From assembly GCA_965644295.1 (NCBI GenBank), contig CBFFRP010000123.1:310001-374000 (forward strand): a stretch of DNA of 64,000 nucleotides, written 5' to 3'. Below, piece by piece: positions 13,395-26,379 of the stretch (position 1 is the stretch's first letter; every line of letters starts with the position of its first letter). Source of the stretch: Paraphysomonas bandaiensis (lineage: Eukaryota; Protista; Chrysophyceae). A program made the position numbers and the translations under genes. The notes beneath the pieces are model-generated. The model ran no database searches, had not been told where the DNA came from, and was given only the letters and a program-made list of their open reading frames with translations.

Positions 13395-13945
13395 CTTGAA
13401 TAACCAGAACCACTTCAATTCTGATTGGCAAGGATGCTTAAACTCCACGCGTAATCTACTCTTGAGCACAATCAATGCAAATAAGCAGGTATTTATTCAT
13501 TCCAGCTCTCGTTGTGTGGGTGCATCGAGTGGATTGCATGCAAAAATATCATACAACAAAAGCCGTTACGTTATAGTAGTATAGTGATGTATATCGTTAC
13601 TACAACGATCGTGCTGTTTATCCCAATACATCAATTATAATACAGTGTATATAGATAATACCGATTCTGTATTATATCGTAGTGCTGCTGTGTACACAGA
13701 TACATACACTGCTGCTATCTGTGTGTGTGTATGTGCCTGTGTATGTGGCTGTATATATATACGCTGATGATATCTTACGTGTATCTTAAGGTGTTATTGC
13801 TGTTATATATATATGCGTGTTGCATACTATACACTATCCGATCGCATGTGTAAACGAATGTATAGTAGAGTCAAACGTGTGTGTGATCACACTCATAAGG
13901 TGCATCTATACGTCCCTTATAATCACAACATAAGCACTCACATAT

Positions 13946-15783
13946 ATGCACATGTCCCATCGTCCCCTATTGATCGTGCTCTATATACTTGCAGGAGCAT
14001 TAACTCCTGCAGAAAGTCAACTCGGATGCAAAAACATATCCAACACAACGCTCTGCGATATGGAGGAGCCAGGCCCAGTGCAATTTCTTGTGATTGGAGA
14101 TTGGGGTAAAGGGGGCAACAGCGGAAACATACTGAAAGACGCATCACACAACACATTGAGAAGAAACTATCGAAAACCAAAGATGTCTGAGCGATATATT
14201 GATAAAGAAGAACCGGAAGATCACGAGCATGAACCGAAACCGAAACCATCTACGTATCAGGCGCCTGTTGCACACGCCATGTCAAAATGGGCCAATGAGA
14301 CTGACGTACCACCTAGTTTCGTAATAGCCCTTGGAGATAATTTTTATGATGATGGCGTTCAATCCCCAACAGACTCTCTTTGGAATTCTCTTTGGAGAGA
14401 TGTGTATCTTACGAACTACACTAACTTGCGTGTCCCGTGGTATCCAGTTCTTGGAAACCACGGTACGAAGCACACATATAAACATTGTATAGAATGCTAA
14501 TGCAGTACAATATGTAGACTATGGGAAAGGTTTAAAGAGTGCACTTGCGCAAGTAGATCGGTATCATAATCAAGACACTAATGACGAATCCTCTGGTCTG
14601 TGGCGAATGAAAGGACTCAATTATACCAAAGTGTTCAATATTCCTGGTGGAGGTTCTGTCGCTGTTGTTTTTGTAGACACCACAACACTAGCTCCAAATT
14701 CAGATAGATGTTGCAACGAGGAAGGGTAAGTACTTGTGTTGTTAGAATATGTTCTTGGATACGGAAGTGACGAGCGTTGTGGTAGAGTTCAGTGAAAATC
14801 AAAACAGATTTATTTTACATAAGTCGACCCACATTAACTGTTATATCAGGGGAGTATCAAGATCAGAAAAGCAATGGCGTATTACAAACCAAATGACCTC
14901 CTTGCGATCATCTTTTGCTCGCTTAGCGGATATGAAGCCAACATGGCTCCTCGTGGCAGGCCATTACCCTGTATATACGGAAGGAGAGCACGGTGATAAC
15001 GACGAATTGATAAAACGCCTTCTACCCTTGATGGAACAGTACAATGTTTCTGCTTACCTCTCTGGTCATGATCACATATCAGAACATCTTCGGTATGTTT
15101 CTTGGAAGTAGTATGCTGCCTTAACATAATCATTCAGATGTTCAAATAGCAGAACTGAATACTTTGTTGCCGGTGCAGGGTCGCAAACCAGCTCCTTGGG
15201 AGATAAGTCTTCCGTGGCGAATCTATTGTGGAATGGTTCAGACTTTTCTTCGTTTATGGCTGTTAGGGCAACGGCGACTTCCCTCCAATTTTCGTTTGTT
15301 CACTGGAATGGATCGGTGGTGTACAATTATACTATGTTTAATCCCCTCAATGATGCCGAATTAGCAACTGTTTCTGATGATGATGACATCTGGGTTCCAA
15401 ATTTGGAACAGGACCAATCTTCGTCTGAGCATGTTCATAGTAGTGAGCAAAGTAGATCGACAAAAGAGTATCTTATTATCTCCGCGGCCGGGGCTGCTCT
15501 TGTGATAGCAGTAACTCTGTCTATTTGGGCTGTTGTAATAAAGTACGAATCCCGTAAATCAACAACCAGTAAAGGGGTATCTACACGTGTGCGAAAAAAG
15601 CGTCCGGTAAAAGCGCTTTATCGAAAGACTTCTACATATGATATCACTAGTAGTGACGAGAAGGATTCGATAACAGAAAATATTTCAATGACTTCTGCTT
15701 CTCGACTTTATATGCAACATAACAACGATGCGACAACAACATATGTCTATAATCATCGCAAATCCCTCTCATTACCTGTGTAG
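13946..15783 (+). CDS. Purple/tartrate-resistant acid phosphatase (ACP5-like) with signal peptide and C-terminal TM helix; 4 exons
   Basis: All five metal-binding motifs are present: GDWG, GDNFY, GNH|D, VAGHYP and GHDH. N-terminal hydrophobic signal; TM segment YLIISAAGAALVIAVTLSIWAVV. Introns 14463-14517, 14726-14849 and 15093-15137. Confidence 0.9.
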
Positions 15784-16210
15784 AAATTGAATTCTCTTCT
15801 AACTGCGTTGCGTGTGTTGCAATAATAAATATTTCGAAAGTTTTGATTATATTAATAGTATGTCACGTAAATTGAGTATTTAAATATGAAAAAATGTATT
15901 AAGGTTGTGAAGTTGCAGTAATGTGATTGTAGCAACATATCAGTCACCAACATTTATGTTCTGCACAAGTCCAACAGGTACAATATTTTTAATTTCATTG
16001 TATATTTTATTTCTACTCCTATTGCTGTAGTTTTTTAAACTCAGTATATCATTACTACAGAGAATGTAGGAGAGCTACTAGCTATAAACAGGTTCGGAAA
16101 CAATATCTTGCAATACTATTGTTAGTTAAATTGTAATGCTATATTAGCCTTGTATATTAAACGCGTATTCCTAATAACGAGCTCTCAACAAAGTACCGAG
16201 ATATATATTT

Positions 16211-16407
16211 CTCCGGGAAACTAGCGTGAGCCGCATTTGTAGCCAGAAGATATTGTTTTTCCCATTCATATTCAAATGCTTGTGTGGTAAAAGGGACATT
16301 TATATATAGGTGTCACTTATGTAGACATCCAGGAATGGGCCAACCTCAAGGGTGACCGGGATTATGGGCTGCCTGGTGAAGTTAAGTGTCCTGGATGTTC
16401 ACCTTAT
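16211..16407 (+). mobile_element. Degenerate 3' fragment of the same non-LTR retrotransposon family
   Basis: CTCCGGGAAACTAGCGTGAGCCGC ... GGATGTTCACCTTA aligns with 63451-63670. Confidence 0.7.
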
Positions 16408-17909
16408 GGCCTCGACAACCCTGAAGTCAGCAGATGTTAGGTATATCAATGTTCTGCTTGCTCATTGCATTTTTGCTTTTTGAGAGTGATTGATGCCGAA
16501 TACAAGTTCAAATTATTCGGCATCTGTGTGGCCAACAATGACCGAGGTGATGCGGCATACTTTCCTCATGGATGCATAGCAATGGTAATGTATGTGATTA
16601 GACCTGTTATATGTCTTCCCACTCGTCTACTGCCGTTTATGTTACTCTTGCTATAGAGGTTTTCATCCCAGCGCAGAAGGTGCACGGTTTCGTACTAGCG
16701 TAAGTTACTTGGGAGAAGAGTGCAAGAGGTGGATGCATGTGCTGGACGAGTGCACAAAATGGAGGCAAGACATTGAAGGCAGCTTGAATTTTGTTAGAAA
16801 TATTGGTATAGACTACTCTACTCTCCCCTCCAGACTACCTGCTGCTGTGAACACCACCTTCAAGAGCCCTAAAGATCTGTCGCACATACACAGGAGACTA
16901 ATTCCTACGACACCGACCGCAAGTTGTAAGTGTTAGGAAAAGTAGGTTGGGCAGGAGCGTATGATCCGGCTTAACCCCGTATGCACATGTAGCTAACTAA
17001 ATCGTGTTGTATAGTTGAGCACTTATCGGTGCATGCGATAATGCACTAGATGAAACTCATGTTATGCTTAGTGTCGCGCGAGTTGTGTTAGGTTGGTTGC
17101 GGCAACACACACAAGCTTGCGCTTCTTCATAATCAGACATTCAATATATTGCTAATTAACTATTAATACTATTGTTAGATGGTGTTCCTAATACTACAAC
17201 TGTAGAAGTGTAGAAGGATGTATGATGTATACGTTTGCGCAGCACTGATAAACTAAGCTTTGCTGAACTGGCTTTCATATGCATTGGAAATTGGAAGTAC
17301 GTACAGCACGACTCGTGCACCTGTGCTTAGATATGCAACTATTGGTTTCTTAATTTTTTGAGCTGACTGAAGAATTTAGCCAACATCAGCCCCATCATCT
17401 TCATCATCCTCTGTACTGCTGCAATCACTGTCAGAATAGTTATATACATAAGCATATATTTCACCCTACAGTTAAGAAGCTCTCGGTATATATTGTGAGC
17501 TACTTTAATTTTTGATTGAATTTTTTGGCCGGTTCACCAATCAATATTTTGTTACCGAATCCTGGTGATAAACATCAACAAGCTACAAGAGTAAGAGATA
17601 GTGGTTGGTTAACAAAAGCAATGAATGTCTGGCTGCATGAAGCAGATTATGGTTGCAGTACTCCCAAAATAAAGAAGCTATAGGTACTGTAGTAATAATA
17701 GAGTTGCAACTAGATATAATGATATATACTCCGCCGCTACTACAGTAATGGTGATACTTCACCAGACTATTATTACACACCAAACGAATAGAAAATTAAA
17801 ATTCGTTTGTATGTATGCCTGTTTGTAGAAACATAATTCAAGACTGCACAGTAACTTATTTACGGAACACGACAAATTAAATTCTTCGGGATAAAAACGA
17901 GAAAAAAGA

Positions 17910-20900
17910 CTACAGAGAAAGTTTCCGCAAACTCGGAACTCGTTTCATAATTACTTTCTTTGATATCGATGGGTCTACATTAAAACGATTAGTCGTAATC
18001 AGATGATAATATCATTTAAACTTACCCATATCACCTAAGTCTAAGTTGGTTAGTTGAATTTGCATCTCTTCGAGGTGAATTAAATTAGACAGACTATGTG
18101 GAATCTTCCCAGTCAATGAAGTAAAACTAATATCCAACTTTCGGAGTGTAGTAATGCTTCCAATGGTTTCGGGAAGATGTCCTGTCAACTGATTTTTCGC
18201 AACTGACAAATGCTCAATAGCCAAAAGGCCTGATACATCAGGTATCGGCCCAGTGAGTGAGTTATCTGACACATCCAAATTCGTTAAATTACTTAACATC
18301 ATCAGTTCATCCGGAATGGGTCCTGTTGCAATAAATTAAATCCAGTATTTTATAAAACTGTCACTTACCTTCAAGCCTATTTTGAGATATATCAAAAGTT
18401 TGAAGATTTTTTAATCCGCTCAATTCCAGTGGGATATATCCTGTCAACTGATTTGCGCCTAAATGCAGAGTTCTGAGTTTAGATAACATTCGAATATCAT
18501 CCGGAAGCGGGCCTTCAAATTTATTATTGTTGAGGAATAAATACTTCAGATTAGGTAAGTTGGTCAATTCGTGAGGTAAAAACCCATCTAATTCGTTATT
18601 TGAAAAGTCTAGGTATACAATACTAGTAAAAAGCTCCAAATGGGAAGGAAGTGGGCCATAGAGCGAAGTATCGCACAGATTTAGACTCCTCAAATTCCCT
18701 TGATTATCAATTACCACGCCATTCCATGAACGAATGTCGCCATCGACATCCCATTTCGCAAAGCAATTGTCGGAAGATTCTAGATCGCGACTGAGAAGAG
18801 ACAAATTAAGTTTGACGGAACGAATCATGGCTTGGCCCTCCGCACCATAGCTATCGTCAATATTCCCTTCATTAGCTGCTGTTAATTCATCATGATGCGC
18901 TTCGATCCAATCGTACACTTTATAAAAATTTTCTTCTTCGTATGGTATCAGATCACATAAAAACTTTCCCAATGCCTTGCATTCACAAAAAGAAACTGGA
19001 ACAGGGCCATCCAGCATATTATTCGACAAATCTACTGAGGTTAACCGTTTTATCGCCATGCCGCTTGGTATCTTTCCAGTCAACATATTGCTCGAAAAGT
19101 CAATTTCCTCAAGGTTTATACACTGGGAGAGGGAATCTGGAATGGGCCCGGTTAAAGAATTGCTATTCAGGAATAGCGTTCTTAAGTGGGTTAACTCGCC
19201 GATTTCGGGTGGAATATTACCCGAGAGAGAATTGGCAAATAATTCCAGCTCTGTGAGTCTGTCAAGAAGATGAAGTTGAGGGGGAATCTGTCCACTAAGA
19301 CCATTTGATCCCAACCATATAGCAGTCACGCGCTCATTATGTGCATCCAAATTAATATTTGTCCATCCCGTCAATTCCACGTCTTTACTCCAAAAGCATG
19401 TGTCAAACCAAGAGCGTCCACCGGTACTTTCAAACACATCAAGAAGTATATCTTTGTCCGTCTTTGCAATGCCGAGCTGGTCTTCTACACGCCCCACATT
19501 TTCAGGAGCTGCGTGATTAGTATAGGCAGCCAGTATAATACGACCGTTCTTATGGCTATCATAATCTACCGTGTCAAAGCCAAAGTGTAAAGTGTGCGAG
19601 TGGCTGGATTCTTCAGTGAAAACCCTTTGAATATTAACCATTCCATGTGCAAGTAAGTGCTCCGAAGTTGCTTTTTCTACAAATATTTTGACATGTAAAG
19701 GGTTTCTCCGCACAGTGGCATATCCAAATTCTTGAATGACCGCAAGGTCATCCCATGAACATTGACCGTTCATACACACCTTCGTTTCTGTAGTGTGTAC
19801 CCACTCATCCAGCTCTAAACGCGCATGACAGTTTCGCTTCCTAAACTCTTCTGAATCAAGTGTAAAATGCATGGCGGACAGACAAATGGCCCTCGATTCA
19901 TCATCATCCTTATTCGTATTCACAACTTTAAACTGAAATTCCAGCTCAACTTCACCAGATGGCTCTCCTTCATCTGATTGAATCTGGACAACAAAACTGT
20001 CCTGTGACGTCAACTTACAACTACTTCGCCCAATTAAAGTCGGTTTACTGACTGAATTATCGTCATAAACAGCAACAGACAATGATTCTTCGTAAAGTGT
20101 GCTACCGCTAACCTCAACTGCATCAACATCACCATCGTAATATAGCCAAGTGGATGATCCAGCAGTATCTTGGTGAGTAGGTGTTCTATGTACCCACAGA
20201 GATCCAAATCGAAGTACCACAAATGGATCATTACTCCCAAAGCGTTCTACGTTGGTTAATCGATTCGTAACAACTTTGCGAAGGCCCACACTATAAATCT
20301 GAGAAGGATCAATATCACTCGACTTTTTAGCAGAATCTCCGGAGCAGTCAACTTCGACATCGGGCTCAAAAGTTTCAGTATCGTATAATTCTCCATTAGG
20401 TTCACTATCTTCTTTTCGCGGTGGTGATACATTTTCTTCATTTCCAGACATGGGATTAGGAGACTCACCTCTAGGCGAAGGTTTCGTCGATTCAAATCCA
20501 GCAAGGAATTCTATGTGATCGTCTTCTCGATGATAATCGTCAGCATATAAATCATCATCATTGTCGTCATTATCTATTATCGGCTCAGAAGGAACACACA
20601 TGAGGTCGCTCGTATTCATGCGATTAATACGCATGCTTCGGTTCTTTGAAGCTTCTCGAATACGACAGTGAATATTAACATTGACTTTCTCAGAATTGGG
20701 GAACGTCAAGTGAAGCGGTATAATAATCAACTCATTCCTGCAAATACAAAGCATAAAAACTTCAAAAATTAAATCAACAAGTTCGCACCTTTCTGATCGC
20801 ATCATTTTCCTTGGAGAAAAAAATCCACTGGAAGTCATGTCCTTGCCAATGACAAGTTTAACGCAAACATCAGCATTCATTTTAAGGGCAGAAGGTGTCA

Positions 20901-23900
20901 ACAATATAGGCTCCCAGTCAAGGTCATCCAAAACACGCTGGGGCTTGCGTTTCGCATCGATGTTAACACTTAATTCTTGCAACAGATACTTCATTTCCAG
21001 CAACATACTTTGTCCTATCAATGCATTTCCCTCCAATTCAATCAGGGCTATTCCGATTTCCACAACCTCATCTGCTATAGGTTCCTCACAGAAATCATCT
21101 GTGTACAGGGCATCTTCACTGATACTCCCCTGAGTCGGACCGAATATTTCACTGCCAGCAACTATTGATTTCTTGCGGTACGATCTGGACCCTATCAATG
21201 GAACAAATTTATGAGACATCGTAGTGCAATTAACCATCTGGTGTAACTGTTCGTATGTCATGGTTTCGCCATCTTCCTGACCAAAATTCCTAAACAGTGA
21301 CCTCAACTCAGCGCTGTTAATAGGCAAACCCATATTATCAATAAACGCTTGAAAATTGTATTTGGTGACCACCCCAGTCATCTCAGGGTCCACAGCACTG
21401 GCTGGTATACCAGATATGTCTACGTCCTGACATTCAAACTTCCACTCAACCAATAGATTTTGTCCCCATCCGTGTTCCACGTCTGTGCGTATAGTCAGCA
21501 GTTCAAACGAAGTAGAATCTAAACGACAGGTCTCAAACTGAAAAGTGTCCTTGTGCTCGGATGGGCATTGCCTCACAGTGAGGGCAATTTGTGAATTCAT
21601 ATTAACGCTATCATGATGTACAACTACTCGCTTCTCTCGACTGCTCGAAGGGCCTCCACCGTTAGATCCCACAGTATGGGTACCAGAAAGAATCAACCGG
21701 GATTTGTGTGAGAGGGACATAAGCTCACTGTGTGCGCATGCCTTGAGAAAACGAGTGATGCGTTTGCAAACCTTAACAAAATCCACTGGTTGTAGCCAAG
21801 AGAAGAAATCGTCAAATTTGACGAAACATGATTCTACTTCAGCATCCGTACTAGTGTCCGCAAGTATCGTGTCTGCAATTGGATTTCCTCCTTTATCCAC
21901 ACCGAAGTAGGCCAGTAAAATACGCGTGTCATGGGGCTTCAAAATTCGCATAAGGCTAAATTTGTCCAATATTTTAATGAATACCGTTGCAGATATCACA
22001 TTTCCAACACCATCAAGAATGTCACACATACTAAACATGTCCTTTTCCATTTCTTCTAATATAGAGTGTCCCTCATCTTCCACGTCTTCGCCATCAAACG
22101 TTGCACCTGTAGCTTCACGAATTGTGCTCCATATTTCTCCTAATTCACGGTAACCAACCTTAGCGTTGAAATGAAGAAATGAAAGCAACTCAGGAAGACT
22201 TATTTGACTATTCCCATCGATATCAAGTGTCGCCCACAACTTTTGAAGTTCGTCATCGTTACACTCGATATCAAATTGAATCAGAGCGTTGTTGAACTCT
22301 GACATATTCAACTCTCCCGACTGATCCTTATCCAAGGCATCAAATATCAGTTTTGCACCGTCTTTGTACTTGCTATGATCAATTTTATTCCCAGACTCTG
22401 TACTCTCAGGAGACCCTTCCGCAGGCGGCACCAGTGAAAGACACACATTTTGAATTTTTTTTCTCAAGGACATTACAGCAGATGTCACATCCATATCGGC
22501 CGATATGCTACCCGCCGTATCGTCAGTGTCCTCGACTACTTTTGATATGGCGCGCATTACTTTCTTCCTGTTCGGGCTTGTTATCTTCACCGGTGGCTTA
22601 CAGCAGGTCAAGCAGATATCATACATGCATAGCTCACAAAACCACCGCATCCCTTTACCGTTAACCTTGCACATATTACATGTAAACCCGTTTATGTACT
22701 CTCCTTCAGCAAACTCAGAGAGTGCAAGATCATGATTGCTGTCACATACAGGGGCAACAAATGTCTTATCTCTCACTGATCCAGATGCAGCTTCTTCAGT
22801 TTCTTGTTCCTTGGGTGTATTCTCCGCTGCACACGTTTCACTGGAAATACTACTGATTTGGTTCCTAGTGCCTTCGACTACTCCAGCCGTCTTCAACAAA
22901 TCCGACATATTCACCAACGATCCGAATTTGTTAAAAACCCAATCAATATAAGGTTCAGAGTAGGCTAACTGCACTGGGACATTGGTATCTCCTGTTGACA
23001 AGTCTCTCATAGTTCCATATTCATCACCCCCTTGTGAGTGTATACCTTTCCAGACTAATTCGCGAATTTGGTGGAAATATGAAGCTCGACAAAGGTGGTA
23101 CTCCTTGTGATTTTGTTCGGTAACTACCATTCTGTCATCGGGAGACATTTCGCGCCAATCAATTAGGCCTTCAGAATGAGCGAAATTAAGAACAGTATGC
23201 AGTGGTGGTGGAAGAGGTGTGCCTGACCAAGACTCAACTACTGTAGATGTCTTATGACTTCTATCACACGTGCTTTCATGATTCATTATTTCAGTTTCAT
23301 CATTAGGTTTGAAGCAGTTGCACGAAGGGCAATCACTTTCCATGTCATGGTACTTCAATCGGACAGCAAACATGTCACAATTAGTGTCTTCATCTTTAAA
23401 AGATCGTTTTATGACTCCAACCATTGCATAATCTTCTACGCCATTATACTCGTTCTCGACGTGATAAACATTTACGGTAGATCCGATACTGTACTTTTGG
23501 TGATGATAAAACATACGTGAGTCGAATGCCCATTGCACACTATCCATTACAGAGTACTTAACACCCGATTCCTGCTTTCGTGGAACATACTTCCACAGCT
23601 TATCAGATAGTGGCACTTGAGTCCAATCCCCCCCTCCAACAGGATACGGTGCAAGTCCAACGTCGTGAACTGTCTCCTCAAAAGTGTCTCCACTTTTATC
23701 TCGGTGTGACTGTACACCTGACTGCGATAGAAAAGATTTCATACGCTTCTCTAAGACAACTTTAGATGGCCAACGCCGAGTTTTCAGTTTGGAATGCAGT
23801 AGCTCAGCAATAATTCTCCCTGTGTGAGATCTATATGCAACCTGCACTTCCAGTGCGCCGATACGTGTGTGTAAATCGGTAGATCTACATTTCGGGGTAA

Positions 23901-25398
23901 TCGCAGCATGAAAACGAATTACCCCAACCCGAGCACAAGCCCTGAAGGAATGCGCGACCTGCGCAAGATGACGTAGCACATCATCTGCCCTGGATTCATA
24001 CTCGGAAGTCTTATGGCGTAATGTCATGGGGTGATATTCACAATTATGACAGTGCTCTACCGATATAATAATATCCAGGTTCTCAAGGTTACCATATGAA
24101 TTAAACATACGTGCTTTACTAAGAAAACCTAAAGGATCTGCCTGAGAAGATGGGTCCCTTAACGCCTTCATTTTGGATACAAAATTTTCAACACTTTGCT
24201 CCGTGCGGTGTCCTGGATACTCCGCTTTGGTTGGGGGTGGAGGAGCTTCATGCAGCGCCTCGCGTATTTGTCTCTCTTTCATAGCCTTCCGCTCTGGAAC
24301 TGTCGCCGGATGATCATCCAGGTGTATCAAACCCATTTCAGCATATTTCCTCCGGCGCATTTCTTGAAGATGATCTACTTCACTAATTAATATCTTTCGA
24401 CCGGTCCAGGTATCATACGTGTACAGTTTATATTGAGACGCCACCTTGCGGGGACTCTTTGGCTGCTCTGACTGCTCCGGACCTGCTTCTGGAGCTTTGG
24501 GAGTATCATCCTTCTGTTCATTTATTCGCTGACGTCCACTGTGATTTGTGTTACTGCGCTGAACACGTCGACCTCCTGGAGGGGCACTACTGGGTCGTCG
24601 TGCAGACGGTGCACTGGAAGGACGCTTCCTGTTCCGTTTACGAGCCGACATGGGGGACGTCTGATGATTTTTTTCATCTTCATTCACACGTGCTCCTTCA
24701 TCATCTGCTGCATTCAATATATCACCAGCCGCGGATTGAGTGTTTTCTCTTCCGCTGTACAACTTTTTCTTTTTCTTACGCTTTTTCGGGATTGTCTCTG
24801 AGTTGCTGACATCGTTTCGTCCACCATATAATTTATCTTCAAGAAATGCCACTCGTTCCATCAGCATCTTGAGTTCACCAGGAATTAAACCCTGTTGTTC
24901 AGGAGCATAAAAGCGATCTGATCTACTACCACTCAAAGTAGAAGAATTTTTATGTGGTGATTTTGGCTTGCTCTTCTTCTGCAGAGGGCGGGATTGCTGT
25001 GATTCATCCACAGCTTGCTCCCTTTGACTAACAATCTTTTGTGCAATTCCAAAGTAAACATCTATAACCGTTTCGATCGAAAATCGATCACCTCGTACAA
25101 TGAGTTCTCCTGTAATTTTATCTAAGGAATCATACTGATATCTGCGCTGGAGGGCTTGCAGCACAATGCCGGCATTATTCTCATGATCATGCCGATTGGA
25201 AGGTGTATAATTTATACCCTCGAGTTGTTGACCATAAAACGCTTCATACACTTTCACTAATATCACAGGAATTGTTAATTGAAGCTGTTCAACAGATATA
25301 ACACTCGCATTAAGTCCTGCTGCTTTTAATACAAGATTTGCTTTTTGAATCAAACCAACATCATCATACTCGACTTCTTCACCATGAAATGAAAGCAT
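17910..25398 (-). CDS. Giant multidomain protein: CEP95-like N-terminal (DUF5745) + Rdx/SelW-like CxxC + ZZ-type zinc finger + EF-hands + C2 domains + plant-type LRRs
   Basis: One ~7-kb exon plus two small 3' exons (introns 18323-18368 and 17975-18025). Motifs: LDKITGELIVRGDRFSI (CEP95-N); ISVEHCHNC...RIGALEVQV...LLHSKL...WP (Rdx); CNMC...CELCMYDICLTC (ZZ); DKDQSGELNMSE and DIDGNSQISLPE (EF-hands); GSNDPFVVLRF...VYDD (C2); LxLxxNxLSGxIP repeats (LRR). Confidence 0.8.
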
Positions 25399-25897
25399 TG
25401 ACAATAAAAAGAACAAAGAGATAATCTATATACAAAAGAATAAATGATAAGAAATATTAGATGACAGATTACTGTGTCATATGTTTAATACTGTAAGTAG
25501 ATCTTAATTAGCGATATTTGTATTAAATGAAAGCGAGAAATCATTCGAGTTTGATATGTAGGAGCTGCTGTATATACTGCTGCTGTACACTGCTGTATGT
25601 ATGTACTTCTGTACTGCTGCACTGTACAAGATCAGTATGTTTACACATATAGTCTTGAAACTGCTGTACAAATGAGTATTATATAAAAAATGCCATCTTT
25701 TTACCAGAATTTTATTTTTGTACAAGTTGAACTACGAACTACGGCTGTACATATACATATCTATATTCCATGACATCAGCATCAGCAGTTTGTGTGTGGA
25801 AGTTGTGGCTTTGGGAAGCGAAGGGTGTAATCAAGGTCTTCTATAGTACACTACTATGAATTGAAGCTTGAAAGAAGAGTACTATATAAACAACGCA

Positions 25898-26379
25898 ATG
25901 GCTCTAAGAAGTGCTAGAGCTGGGTACCGACAATTGATGCGCACTGCAAGTGCTGTGTTCAGAGAAGATGTCTATGCGCTATCGCAAGCTAAAATTAAGC
26001 TCAGAGAAGAATTCATGAAACATAAAGATGTCAGTGATGAAAAGAAGCTAGGTTAGTACCAGTGTTACCCTCTCCCTGCTTGATTTCTAAGATTCTATGC
26101 TTGTAGATGAACTGTTTAGTGGAATCGAGGAGGTAGATGAAATGCTGCGCTTCAATATTGTTCAAGGAAAATTAAATGACCGTGGAAATTACGGTACGTC
26201 CAAATCTTTCCACACTAACATTATTAACATTGTGTTCAGATGTGCGTTTAACTCCAGAAAACCAAGTAACAGTTGATGCCAGACAAGACCTTCCTGGTGG
26301 CGCTGAGTTGGAGCCAGTTGATAAGAGTATCCTTGGCCAAGAAATTAAAATCGAGAAAGTTTCAAATAGTAAAAAGTGA
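25898..26379 (+). CDS. LYRM7: LYR-motif protein LYRM7/MZM1 (complex III Rieske chaperone); 3 exons
   Basis: GYRQLMRTASAVFREDVYAL...LREEF followed by MLRFNIVQGKLNDRGNY. Introns 26052-26107 and 26194-26239. Confidence 0.85.

Noticed and set aside
24030-24070. Selenoprotein possibility in the Rdx-like domain
   Set aside because: The motif is CxxC with ordinary Cys codons and there is no in-frame TGA.
18942-24809. Numerous short plus-strand ORFs opposite the giant gene (and similar antisense ORFs opposite other genes)
   Set aside because: Shadow ORFs of the coding strand with no recognisable motifs.
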